From NCBI RefSeq assembly GCF_964355755.1, contig NC_092675.1, forward strand, positions 13,263,812 through 13,327,811: DNA of 64,000 nt, written 5' to 3'. The position numbers were made by a program, and so were the translations under genes. Shown piece by piece: positions 38,741 to 53,000 of the stretch (position 1 is its first letter; the number at the start of each line of letters is the position of its first letter). The notes under the pieces were generated by a model. That model did no database searches, was not told the DNA's origin, and saw only the letters and a program-made list of their open reading frames with translations. Source of the DNA: Antedon mediterranea. Taxonomy: Eukaryota > Animalia > Echinodermata.

Positions 38741-41559
38741 CCGTTTTAGACCATTTTGAGCATTTCGATAACACTTTTCACACAAAAACATCAAAGAGCA
38801 CAAAATAGCTTAATATCGTATTTAAAAACGTTTTAGACCAGTTTGAGCATTTCGACAAAACTTTTTCACACAAAACACCAAAGTGCTTAGAATAGCTTCA
38901 AATCGCATTTGGAGACGTTTTAGACCAATTTGTGCATTTCGATGAAACTTGATTACACAAAAACATCAAAGTGCTTAAAATCACATTATAAACCGTTTTA
39001 GACCATTTTGAGCATTTCGATAACACTTTTCACACAAAAACATCAAAGAGCACAAAATAGCTTAATATCGTATTTAAAAACGTTTTAGACCATTTTGAGC
39101 ATTTAGACAAAACTTTTTCACACAAAACACCAAAGTGCTTAGAATAGCTTCAAATCGCATTTGGAGACGTTTTAGAACATTTTGTGTTTTTCGAAAAAAA
39201 CTGTTAACATAAAAACACTAAAGTGCTTAGAATAGCTTCAAATCGCATTTGGAGACGTTTTAGAACATTTTGTGTTCTTCGAAAAAACCTGTTAACATAA
39301 AAACACCAAAGTGCTTAGAATAGCTTCAAATCGCATTTGGAGACGTTTTAGACCATTTTGTGATTTTTGAAAAAACTTGTTAACATAAAAACACCAAAGT
39401 GCTTAGAATAGCTTCAAATCACATTTGGAGACGTTTTAGACCATTTTGTGATTTTCGAAAAAACTTGTTAACATAAAAACACGAAAGTGCTTAGAATAGC
39501 TTCAAATCGCATTTGGAAACGTTTTAGACCATTTTGTGATTTTCGAAAAAGATTGTTAACATAAAAACACCAAAGTGCTTAGAATCACAATATAAACCGT
39601 TTTAGACCATTTTGAGCATTTAGATAAAATTTTTCACACAAAACACCAAAGTACTTAGAATAGCTTCAAATCGCATTTGGAGACGGTTTAGACCATTTTG
39701 TGATTTTGAAAAAACTTGTTAACATAAAAACACCAAAGTGCTTAGAATAGCTTCAAATCGCATTTGGAGACGTTTTAGACCATTTTGTGATTTTCGAAAA
39801 AACTTGTTAACATAAAAACACCAAAGTGCTTAGAATAGCTTCAAATCGTATTTGAAGACGTTTTAGACCATTTTGAGATTTTCGAAAAAACTTTGTTACA
39901 CAAAAACATCAAAGTGCTTAAAATCACATTATAAACCGTTTTAGACCATTTTGAACATTTCGATAACACTTTTCACACAAAAACATCAAAGAGCACAAAA
40001 TAGCTTAATATCGTATTTAAAAACGTTTTAGACCATTTTGAGCATTTCGACAAAACTTTTTCACACAAAACACCAAAGTGCTTAGAATAGCTTCAAATCG
40101 CATTTGGAGACGTTTTAGACCAATTTGTGCATTTCGATGAAACTTGATTACACAAAAACATCAACGTGCTTAAAATCACATTATAAACCGTTTTAGACCA
40201 TTTTGAGCATTTCGAAAACACTTTTCACACAAAAACATCAAAGAGCACAAAATAGCTTAATATCGTATTTAAAAACGTTTTAGACCATTTTGAGCATTTA
40301 GACAAAACTTTTTCACACAAAACACCAAAGTGCTTAGAATAGCTTCAAATCGCATTTGGAGACGTTTTAGACCATTTTGTGCATTTCGATGAAACTTGGT
40401 TACACAAAAACATCAAAGTGCTTAAAATCACATTATAAATCGTTTTAGACCATTTTGAGCATTTCGACAAAACTTTTTCACACAAAATACCAAAGGGCTT
40501 AGAATAGCTTCAAATCGCATTTGGAGACGTTTTAGACCATTTTGTGATTTTCGAAAAAACTTTTTAACATAAAAAGACCAAAGTGCTTAGAATAGCTTCA
40601 AATCACATTTGGAGACGTTTTAGACCATTTTGTGATTTTCGAAAAAACTTGTTAACATAAAAACACGAAAGTGCTTAGAATAGCTTCAAATCGCATTTGG
40701 AAACGTTTTAGACCATTTTGTGATTTTCGAAAAAAATTGTTAACATAAAAACACCAAAGTGCTTAGAATCACATTATAAACCGTTTTAGACCATTTTGAG
40801 CATTTCGATAACAATTTTCACACAAAAACATCAAAGAGCACAAAATAGCTTAATATCGTATTTAAAAATGTTTTAGACCATTTTGAGCATTTAGATAAAA
40901 CTTTTTCACACAAAACACCAAAGTGCTTAGAATAGCTTCAAATCGCATTTGGAGACGTTTTAGACCATTTTGTGATTTTTGAAAAAACTTGTTAACATAA
41001 AAACACCAAAGTGCTTAGAATAGCTTCAAATCACATTTGGAGACGTTTTAGACCATTTTGTGATTTTCGAAAAAACTTATCAACATAAAAACACCAAAGG
41101 GTTTAGAATAGCTTCAAATCGCATTTGGAGACGTTTTAGACCATTTTGTGATTTTGAAAAAACTTGTTAACATAAAAACACCAAAGTGCTTAGAATAGCT
41201 TCAAATCGCATTTGGAGACGTTTTAGACTATTTTGTGATTTTCAAAAAAACTTGTTAACATAAAAACACCAAAGTGCTTAGAATAGCTTCAAATCGTATT
41301 TGGAGACGTTTTAGACCATTTTGAGATTTTCGAAAAAACTTGGTTACACAAAAACATCAAAGTGCTTAAAATCACATTATAAACCGTTTTAGACCATTTT
41401 GAACATTTCGATAACACTTTTCACACAAAAACATCAAAGAGCACAAAATAGCTTAATATCGTATTTAAAAACGTTTTAGACCATTTTGAGCATTTCGACA
41501 AAACTTTTTCACACAAAACACCAAAGTGCTTAGAATAGCTTCAAATCGCATTTGGAGAC

Positions 41560-44285
41560 GTTTTAGACCATTTTGAGCATTTCGATAACACTTTTCACAC
41601 AAAAACATCAAAGAGCACAAAATAGCTTAATATCGTATTTAAAAACGTTTTAGACCATTTTGAGCATTTAGACAAAACTTTTTCACACAAAACACCAAAG
41701 TGCTTAGAATAGCTTCAAATCGCATTTGGAGACGTTTTAGACCATTTTGTGCATTTCGATGAAACTTGGTTACACAAAAACATCAAAGTGCTTAAAATCA
41801 CATTATAAATCGTTTTAGACCATTTTGAGCATTTCGACAAAACTTTTTCACACAAAATACCAAAGTGCTTAGAATAGCTTCAAATCGCATTTGGAGACGT
41901 TTTAGACCATTTTGTGATTTTCGAAAAAACTTTTTAACATAAAAACACCAAAGTGCTTAGAATAGCTTCAAATCACATTTGGAGACATTTTAGACCATAA
42001 GTGCTTAGAATCACATTATAAACCGTTTTAGACCATTTTGAGCATTTCGATAACAATTTTCACACAAAAACATCAAAGAGCACAAAATAGCCTAATATCG
42101 TATTTAAAAATGTTTTAGACCATTTTGAGCATTTAGATAAAACTTTTTCACACAAAACACCAAAGTGCTTAAAATAGCTTCAAATCGCATTTGGAGACGT
42201 TTTAGACCAATTTGTGATTTTTGAAAAAACTTGTTAACATAAAAACACCAAAGTGCTTAGAATAGCTTCAAATCACATTTGGAGACGTTTTAGACCATTT
42301 TGTGATTTTGAACAAACTTGTTAACATAAAAACACCAAAGTGCTTAGAATAGCTTCAAATCGTATTTGGAGACGTTTTAGACCATTTTGAGATTTTCGAA
42401 AAAACTTGGTTACACAAAAACATCAAAGTGCTTAAAATCACATTATAAACCGTTTTAGACCATTTTGAGCATTTCGATAACACTTTTCACACAAAAACAT
42501 CAAAGAGCACAAAATAGCTTAATATCGTATTTAAAAACGTTTTAGACCATTTTGAGCATTTCGACAAAACTTTTTCACACAAAACACCAAAGTGCTTAGA
42601 ATAGCTTCAAATCGCATTTGGAGACGTTTTAGACCAATTTGTGCATTTCGATGAAACTTGATTACACAAAAACATCAAAGTGCTTAAAATCACATTATAA
42701 ACCGTTTTAGACCATTTTGAGCATTTCGATAACACTTTTCACACAAAAACATCAAAGAGCACAAAATAGCTTAATATCGTATTTAAAAACGTTTTAGACC
42801 ATTTTGAGCATTTAGACAAAACTTTTTCACACAAAACACCAAAGTGCTTAGAATAGCTTCAAATCGCATTTGGAGACGTTTTAGACCAATTTGTGCATTT
42901 CGATGAAACTTGATTACACAAAAACATCAAAGTGCTTAAAATCACATTATAAACCGTTTTAGACCATTTTGAGCATTTCGATAACACTTTTCACACAAAA
43001 ACATCAAAGAGCACAAAATAGCTTAATATCGTATTTAAAAACGTTTTAGACCATTTTGAGCATTTAGACAAAACTTTTTCACACAAAACACCAAAGTGCT
43101 TAGAATAGCTTCAAATCGCATTTGGAGACGTTATAGACCATTTTGTGCATTTCGATGAAACTTGGTTACACAAAAACATCAAAGTGCTTAAAATCACATT
43201 ATAAATCGTTTTAGACCATTTTGAGCATTTCGACAAAACTTTTTCACACAAAATACCAAAGTGCTTAGAATAGCTTCAAATCGCATTTGGAGACGTTTTA
43301 GACCATTTTGTGATTTTCGAAAAAACTTTTTAACATAAAAACACCAAAGTGCTTAGAATAGCTTCAAATCACATTTGGAGACATTTTAGACCATAAGTGC
43401 TTAGAATCACATTATAAACCGTTTTAGACCATTTTGAGCATTTCGATAACAATTTTCACACAAAAACATCAAAGAGCACAAAATAGCCTAATATCGTATT
43501 TAAAAATGTTTTAGACCATTTTGAGCATTTAGATAAAACTTTTTCACACAAAACACCAAAGTGCTTAAAATAGCTTCAAATCGCATTTGGAGACGTTTTA
43601 GACCAATTTGTGATTTTTGAAAAAACTTGTTAACATAAAAACACCAAAGTGCTTAGAATAGCTTCAAATCACATTTGGAGACGTTTTAGACCATTTTGTG
43701 ATTTTGAACAAACTTGTTAACATAAAAACACCAAAGTGCTTAGAATAGCTTCAAATCGTATTTGGAGACGTTTTAGACCATTTTGAGATTTTCGAAAAAA
43801 CTTGGTTACACAAAAACATCAAAGTGCTTAAAATCACATTATAAACCGTTTTAGACCATTTTGAGCATTTCGATAACACTTTTCACACAAAAACATCAAA
43901 GAGCACAAAATAGCTTAATATCGTATTTAAAAACGTTTTAGACCATTTTGAGCATTTCGACAAAACTTTTTCACACAAAACACCAAAGTGCTTAGAATAG
44001 CTTCAAATCGCATTTGGAGACGTTTTAGACCAATTTGTGCATTTCGATGAAACTTGATTACACAAAAACATCAAAGTGCTTAAAATCACATTATAAACCG
44101 TTTTAGACCATTTTGAGCATTTCGATAACACTTTTCACACAAAAACATCAAAGAGCACAAAATAGCTTAATATCGTATTTAAAAACGTTTTAGACCATTT
44201 TGAGCATTTAGACAAAACTTTTTCACACAAAACACCAAAGTGCTTAGAATAGCTTCAAATCGCATTTGGAGACGTTTTAGACCAT
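41560..44285 (+). repeat. 1396-bp tandem duplication
   Basis: CATAAG 41996/43392, CCTAATATC 42091/43487, AAAATAGCTT in an A monomer 42171/43567, AACAAACTTG 42311/43707. Confidence 0.91.
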
Positions 44286-45785
44286 TTTGTGCATTTCGAT
44301 GAAACTTGGTTACACAAAAACATCAAAGTGCTTAAAATCACATTATAAATCGTTTTAGACCATTTTGAGCATTTCGACAAAACTTTTTCACACAAAATAC
44401 CAAAGTGCTTAGAATAGCTTCAAATCGCATTTGGAGACGTTTTAGACCATTTTTTGATTTTCGAAAAAACTTTTTAACATAAAAACACCAAAGTGCTTAG
44501 AATAGCTTCAAATCACATTTGGAGACATTTTAGACCATTTTGTGATTTTCGAAAAAACTTGTTAACATAAAAACACGAAAGTGCTTAGAATAGCTTCAAA
44601 TCGCATTTGGAAACGTTTTAGACCATTTTGTGATTTTCGAAAAAAATTGTTAACATAAAAACACCAAAGTGCTTAGAATCACATTATAAACCGTTTTAGA
44701 CCATTTTGAGCATTTCGATAACAATTTTCACACAAAAACATCAAAGAGCACAAAATAGCTTAATATCGTATTTAAAAATGTTTTAGACCATTTTGAGCAT
44801 TTAGATAAAACTTTTTCACACAAAACACCAAAGTGCTTAGAATAGCTTCAAATCGCATTTGGAGACGTTTTAGACCATTTTGTGATTTTTGAAAAAACTT
44901 GTTAACATAAAAACACCAAAGTGCTTAGAATAGCTTCAAATCACATTTGGAGACGTTTTAGACCATTTTGTGATTTTCGAAAAAACTTGTTAACATAAAA
45001 ACACGAAAGTGCTTAGAATAGCTTCAAATCGCATTTGGAAACGTTTTAGACCATTTTGTGATTTTCGAAAAAACTTGTTAACATAAAAACACGAAAGTGC
45101 TTAGAATAGCTTCAAATCGCATTTGGAAACGTTTTAGACCATTTTGTGATTTTCGAAAAAACTTGTTAACATAAAAACACGAAAGTGCTTAGAATAGCTT
45201 CAAATCGCATTTGGAAACGTTTTAGACCATTTTGTGATTTTCGAAAAAAAATTGTTAACATAAAAACACCAAAGTGTTTAGAATAGCTTCAAATCGCATT
45301 TGGAGACGTTTTAGACCAATTTGTGATTTTCGAAAAAACTTATCAACATAAAAACACCAAAGGGTTTAGAATAGCTTCAAATCGCATTTGGAGACGTTTT
45401 AGACCATTTTGTGATTTTGAAAAAACTTGTTAACATAAAAACACCAAAGTGCTTAGAATAGCTTCAAATCGCATTTTGAGACGTTTTAGACCATTTTGTG
45501 CATTTCGATGAAACTTGGTTACACAAAAACATCAAAGTGCTTAAAATCACATTATAAACCATTTTAGACCATTTTGAGCATTTCGATAACACTTTTCACA
45601 CAAAAACATCAAAGAGCACAAAATAGCTTAATATCGTATTTAAAAACGTTTTAGACCATTTTGAGCATTTCGACAAAACTTTTTCACACAAAACACCAAA
45701 GTGCTTAGAATAGCTTCAAATCGCATTTGGAGACGTTTTAGACCATTTTGTGATTTTCGAAAAAAATTGTTAACATAAAAACATC

Positions 45786-46556
45786 AAAGTGTACAGAATA
45801 GCTTCAAATCGCATTTGGAGACCGTTTTAGGCCAATTTGTGATTTTCGAAAAAACTTGTTAACCTAAAAATACCAAAGTGTTTAGAATAGCTTCAAATCG
45901 CATTTGGAGACGTTTTAGACCATTTTGTGATTTTCGAAAAAACTTGTTAACATAAAAACACCAAAGTGCTTCAAATCGCATTTGAGACATTTTAGACCAA
46001 TTTGTGATTTTTGAAAAAACTTGTTAACATAAAAACACCAAAGTGCTTACAATAGCTTCAAATCGTATTTGGAGACGTTTTAGACCATTATGTGATTTTC
46101 GAAAAAACTTGTTAACATAAAAACACCAAAGTACTTAGAATAGCTTCAAATCGCATTTGGAGACGTTTTAGACCATTTTATGCATTTCGATGAAACTTGG
46201 TTACACAAAAACATCAAAGTGCTTAAAATCACATTATAATCCGTTTTAGACCATTTTGAGCATTTCGATAACACTTTTCACACAAAAACATCAAAGAGCA
46301 CAAAATAGCTTAATATCGTATTTAAAAACTTTTTAGACCATTTTGAGCATTTCGACAAAACTTTTTCACACAAAACACCAAAGTGCTTAGAATAGCTTCA
46401 AATCGCATTTGGAGACGTTTTAGACCATTTTGTGATTTTCGAAAAAAATTGTTAACATAAAAACATCAAAGTGTACAGAATAGCTTCAAATCGCATTTGG
46501 AGACCGTTTTAGGCCAATTTGTGATTTTCGAAAAAACTTGTTAACCTAAAAATACC
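45786..46556 (+). repeat. Third occurrence of the 682-bp 8-mer higher-order repeat
   Basis: GTAC at 45791 and 46473 (offset 682), with the same monomer order. Confidence 0.88.
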
Positions 46557-49500
46557 AAAGTGTTTAGAATAGCTTCAAATCGCATTTGGAGACGTTTTAG
46601 ACCATTTTGTGATTTTCGAAAAAACTTGTTAACATAAAAACACCAAAGTGCTTAGAATAGCTTCAAATCGCATTTGGAGACATTTTAGACCAATTTGTGA
46701 TTTTCGAAAAAACTTATCAACATAAAAACACCAAAGGGTTTAGAATATCTTCAAATCGCATTTGGAGACGTTTTAGACCATTTTGTGATTTTCGAAAAAA
46801 CTTGTTAACATAAAAACACCAAAGTGCTTAGAATAGCTTCAAATCGCATTTGGAGACGTTTTAGACCAATTTGTGATTTTCGAAAAAACTTATCAAAATA
46901 AAACACCAAAGGGTTTAGAATAGCTTCATTTGGAGACGTTTTAGACCATTTTGTGATTTTGAAAAAACTTGTTAACATAAAAACACCAAAGTGCTTAGAA
47001 TAGCTTCAAATCGCATTTGGAGACGTTTTAGACCATTTTGTGATTTTCGAAAAAACTTGTTAACATAAAAACACCAAAGTGCTTAGAATAGCTTCAAATC
47101 GTATTTGGAGACGTTTTAGACCATTTTGAGATTTTCGAAAAAACTTGGTTACACAAAAACATCAAAGTGCTTAAAATCACATTATAAACCGTTTTAGACC
47201 ATTTTGAGCATTTCGATAACACTTTTCACACAAAAACATCAAAGAGCACAAAATAGCTTAATATCGTATTTAAAAACGTTTTAGACCATTTTGAGCATTT
47301 CGACAAAACTTTTTCACACAAAACACCAAAGGGCTTAGAATAGCTTCAAATCGCATTTGGAGACGTTTTAGACCATTTTGTGATTTTCAAAAAAACTTTT
47401 TAACATAAAAAGACCAAAGTGCTTAGAATAGCTTCAAATCACATTTGGAGACGTTTTAGACCATTTTGTGATTTTCGAAAAAACTTGTTAACATAAAAAC
47501 ACGAAAGTGCTTAGAATAGCTTCAAATCGCATTTGGAAACGTTTTAGACCATTTTGTGATTTTCGAAAAAAATTGTTAACATAAAAACACCAAAGTGCTT
47601 AGAATCACATTATAAACCGTTTTAGACCATTTTGAGCATTTCGATAACAATTTTCACACAAAAACATCAAAGAGCACAAAATAGCTTAATATCGTATTTA
47701 AAAATGTTTTAGACCATTTTGAGCATTTAGATAAAACTTTTTCACACAAAACACCAAAGTGCTTAGAATAGCTTCAAATCGCATTTGGAGACGTTTTAGA
47801 CCATTTTGTGATTTTTGAAAAAACTTGTTAACATAAAAATACCAAAGTGCTTAGAATAGCTTCAAATCACATTTGGAGATGTTTTAGACCATTTTGTGAT
47901 TTTTGAAAAAACTTGTTAACATAAAAACACCAAAGTGCTTAGAATAGCTTCAAATCACATTTGGAGACGTTTTAGACCATTTTGTGATTTTCGAAAAAAC
48001 TTGTTAACATAAAAACACGAAAGTGCTTAGAATAGCTTCAAATCGCATTTGGAAACGTTTTAGACTATTTTGTGATTTTCGAAAAAGATTGTTAACATAA
48101 AAACACCAAAGTGCTTAGAATCACAATATAAACCGTTTTAGACCATTTTGAGCATTTCGATAACAATTTTCACACAAAAACATCAAAGAGCACAAAATAG
48201 CTTAATATCGTATTTAAAAATGTTTTAGACCATTTTGAGCATTTAGATAAAACTTTTTCACACAAAACACCAAAGTGCTTAGAATAGCTTCAAATCGCAT
48301 TTGGAGACGGTTTAGACCATTTTGTGATTTTGAAAAAACTTGTTAACATAAAAACACCAAAGTGCTTAGAATAGCTTCAAATCGTATTTGGAGACGTTTT
48401 AGACCATTTTGAGATTTTCGAAAAAACTTGGTTACACAAAAACATCAAAGTGCTTAAAATCACATTATAAACCGTTTTAGACCATTTTGAACATTTCGAT
48501 AACACTTTTCACACAAAAACATCAAAGAGCACAAAATAGCTTAATATCGTATTTAAAAACGTTTTAGACCATTTTGAGCATTTCGACAAAACTTTTTCAC
48601 ACAAAACACCAAAGTGCTTAGAATAGCTTCAAATCGCATTTGGAGACGTTTTAGACCAATTTGTGCATTTCGATGAAACTTGATTACACAAAAACATCAA
48701 CGTGCTTAAAATCACATTATAAACCGTTTTAGACCATTTTGAGCATTTCGATAACACTTTTCACACAAAAACATCAAAGAGCACAAAATAGCTTAATATC
48801 GTATTTAAAAACGTTTTAGACCATTTTGAGCATTTAGACAAAACTTTTTCACACAAAACACCAAAGTGCTTAGAATAGCTTCAAATCGCATTTGGAGACG
48901 TTTTAGACCATTTTGTGCATTTCGATGAAACTTGGTTACACAAAAACATCAAAGTGCTTAAAATCACATTATAAATCGTTTTAGACCATTTCGACAAAAC
49001 TTTTTCACACCAAATACCAAAGGGCTTAGAATAGCTTCAAATCGCATTTGGAGACGTTTTAGACCATTTTGTGATTTTCGAAAAAACTTTTTAACATAAA
49101 AACACCAAAGTGCTTAGAATAGCTTCAAATCACATTTGGAGACGTTTTAGACCATTTTGTGATTTTCGAAAAAACTTGTTAACATAAAAACACGAAAGTG
49201 CTTAGAATAGCTTCAAATCGCATTTGGAAACGTTTTAGACCATTTTGTGATTTTCGAAAAAAATTGTTAACATAAAAACACCAAAGTGCTTAGAATCACA
49301 TTATAAACCGTTTTAGACCATTTTGAGCATTTCGATAACAATTTTCACACAAAAACATCAAAGAGCACAAAATAGCTTAATATCGTATTTAAAAATGTTT
49401 TAGACCATTTTGAGCATTTAGATAAAACTTTTTCACACAAAACACCAAAGTGCTTAGAATAGCTTCAAATCGCATTTGGAGACGTTTTAGACCATTTTGT

Positions 49501-50039
49501 GATTTTTGAAAAAACTTGTTAACATAAAAACACCAAAGTGCTTAGAAAAGCTTCAAATCACATTTGGAGACGTTTTAGACCATTTTGTGATTTTCGAAAA
49601 AACATGTTAACATAAAAACACGAAAGTGCTTAGAATAGCTTCAAATTGCATTTGGAAACGTTTTAGACCATTTTGTGATTTTCGAAAAAACTTGTTAACA
49701 TAAAAACACGAAAGTGCTTAGAATAGCTTCAAATCGCATTTGGAAACGTTTTAGACCATTTTGTGATTTTCGAAAAAAATTGTTAACATAAAAACACCAA
49801 AGTGTTTAGAATAGCTTCAAATCGCATTTGGAGACGTTTTAGACCAATTTGTGATTTTCGAAAAAACTTATCAACATAAAAACACCAAAGGGTTTAGAAT
49901 AGCTTCAAATCGCATTTGGAGACGTTTTAGACCATTTTGTGATTTTGAAAAAACTTGTTAACATAAAAACACCAAAGTGCTTAGAATAGCTTCAAATCGC
50001 ATTTGGAGACGTTTTAGACCATTTTGTGATTTTCGAAAA

Positions 50040-53000
50040 AACTTGTTAACATAAAAACACCAAAGTGCTTAGAATAGCTTCAAATCGTATTTGGAGACGT
50101 TTTAGACCATTTTGAGATTTTCGAAAAAACTTGGTTACACAAAAACATCAAAGTGCTTAAAATCACATTATAAACCGTTTTAGACCATTTTGAACATTTC
50201 GATAACACTTTTCACACAAAAACATCAAAGAGCACAAAATAGCTTAATATCGTATTTAAAAACGTTTTAGACCATTTTGAGCATTTCGACAAAACTTTTT
50301 CACACAAAACACCAAAGTGCTTAGAATAGCTTCAAATCGCATTTGGAGACGTTTTAGACCAATTTGTGCATTTCGATGAAACTTGATTACACAAAAACAT
50401 CAAAGTGCTTAAAATCACATTATAAACCGTTTTAGACCATTTTGAGCATTTCGATAACACTTTTCACACAAAAACATCAAAGAGCACAAAATAGCTTAAT
50501 ATCGTATTTAAAAACGTTTTAGACCATTTTGAGCATTTAGACAAAACTTTTTCACACAAAACACCAAAGTGCTTAGAATAGCTTCAAATCGCATTTGGAG
50601 ACGTTTTAGACCATTTTGTGATTTTTGAAAAAACTTGTTAACATAAAAACACCAAAGTGCTTAGAATAGCTTCAAATCACATTTGGAGACGTTTTAGACC
50701 ATTTTGTGATTTTCGAAAAAACTTGTTAACATAAAAACACGAAAGTGCTTAGAATAGCTTCAAATCGCATTTGGAAACGTTTTAGACCATTTTGTGATTT
50801 TCGAAAAAACTTGTTAACATAAAAACACGAAAGTGCTTAGAATCACATTATAAACCGTTTTAGACCATTTTGAGCATTTCGATAACAATTTTCACACAAA
50901 AACATCAAAGAGCACAAAATAGCTTAATATCGTATTTAAAAATGTTTTAGACCATTTTGAGCATTTAGATAAAACTTTTTCACACAAAACACCAAAGTGC
51001 TTAGAATAGCTTCAAATCGCATTTGGAGACGTTTTAGACCATTTTGTGATTTTTGAAAAAACTTGTTAACATAAAAACACCAAAGTGCTTAGAATAGCTT
51101 CAAATCACATTTGGAGATGTTTTAGACCATTTTGTGATTTTTGAAAAAACTTGTTAACATAAAAACACGAAAGTGCTTAGAATAGCTTCAAATCACATTT
51201 GGAGACGTTTTAGACCATTTTGTGATTTTTGAAAAAACTTGTTAACATAAAAACACGAAAGTGCTTAGAATAGCTTCAAATCGCATTTGGAAACGTTTTA
51301 GACCATTTTGTGATTTTCGAAAAAGATTGTTAACATAAAAACACCAATGTGCTTAGAATCACATTATAAACCGTTTTAGACCATTTTGAGCATTTCGATA
51401 ACAATTTTCACACAAAAACATCAAAGAGCACAAAATAACTTAATATCGTATTTATAAATGTTTTAGACCATTTTGAGCATTTCGACAAAACTTTTTCACA
51501 CAAAACACCAAAGTGCTTAGAATAGCTTCAAATCGTATTTGGAGACGTTTTAGACCATTTTGAGATTTTCGAAAAAACTTGGTTACACAAAAACATCAAA
51601 GTGCTTAAAATCACATTATAAACCGTTTTAGACCATTTTGAGCATTTCGATAACACTTTTCACACAAAAACATCAAAGAGCACAAAATAGCTTAATATCG
51701 TATTTAAAAACGTTTTAGACCATTTTGAGCATTTCGACAAAACTTTTTCACACAAAACACCAAAGTGCTTAGAATAGCTTCAAATCGCAATTGGAGACGT
51801 TTTAAACCAATTTGTGCATTTCGATGAAACTTGATTACACAAAAACATCAAAGTGCTTAAAATCACATTATAAACCGTTTTAGACCATTTTGAGCATTTC
51901 GATAACACTTTTCACACAAAAACATCAAAGAGCACAAAATAGCTTAATATCGTATTTAAAAACGTTTTAGACCATTTTGAGAATTTCGACAAAACTTTTT
52001 CACACAAAACACCAAAGTGCTTAGAATAGCTTCAAATCGCATTTGGAGACGTTTTAGACCAATTTGTGCATTTCGATGAAACTTGATTACACAAAAACAT
52101 CAAAGTGCTTAAAATCACATTATAAACCGTTTTAGACCATTTTGAGCATTTCGATAACACTTTTCACACAAAAACATCAAAGAGCACAAAATAGCTTAAT
52201 ATCGTATTTAAAAACGTTTTAGACCATTTTGAGCATTTAGACAAAACTTTTTCACACAAAACACCAAAGTGCTTAGAATAGCTTCAAATCGCATTTGGAG
52301 ACGTTTTAGACCATTTTGTGATTTTTGAAAAAACTTGTTAACATAAAAACACCAAAGTGCTTAGAATAGCTTCAAATCGTATTTGGAGACGTTTTAGACC
52401 ATTTTGAGATTTTCGAAAAAACTTGGTTACACAAAAACATCAAAGTGCTTAAAATCACATTATAAACCGTTTTAGACCATTTTGAACATTTCGATAACAC
52501 TTTTCACACAAAAACATCAAAGAGCACAAAATAGCTTAATATCGTATTTAAAAACGTTTTAGACCATTTTGAGCATTTCGACAAAACTTTTTCACACAAA
52601 ACACCAAAGTGCTTAGAATAGCTTCAAATCGCATTTGGAGACGTTTTAGACCAATTTGTGCATTTCGATGAAACTTGATTACACAAAAACATCAAAGTGC
52701 TTAAAATCACATTATAAACCGTTTTAGACCATTTTGAGCATTTCGATAACACTTTTCACACAAAAACATCAAAGAGCACAAAATAGCTTAATATCGTATT
52801 TAAAAACGTTTTAGACCATTTTGAGCATTTAGACAAAACTTTTTCACACAAAACACCAAAGTGCTTAGAATAGCTTCAAATCGCATTTGGAGACGTTTTA
52901 GACCATTTTGTGATTTTTGAAAAAACTTGTTAACATAAAAACACCAAAGTGCTTAGAATAGCTTCAAATCACATTTGGAGACGTTTTAGACCATTTTGTG

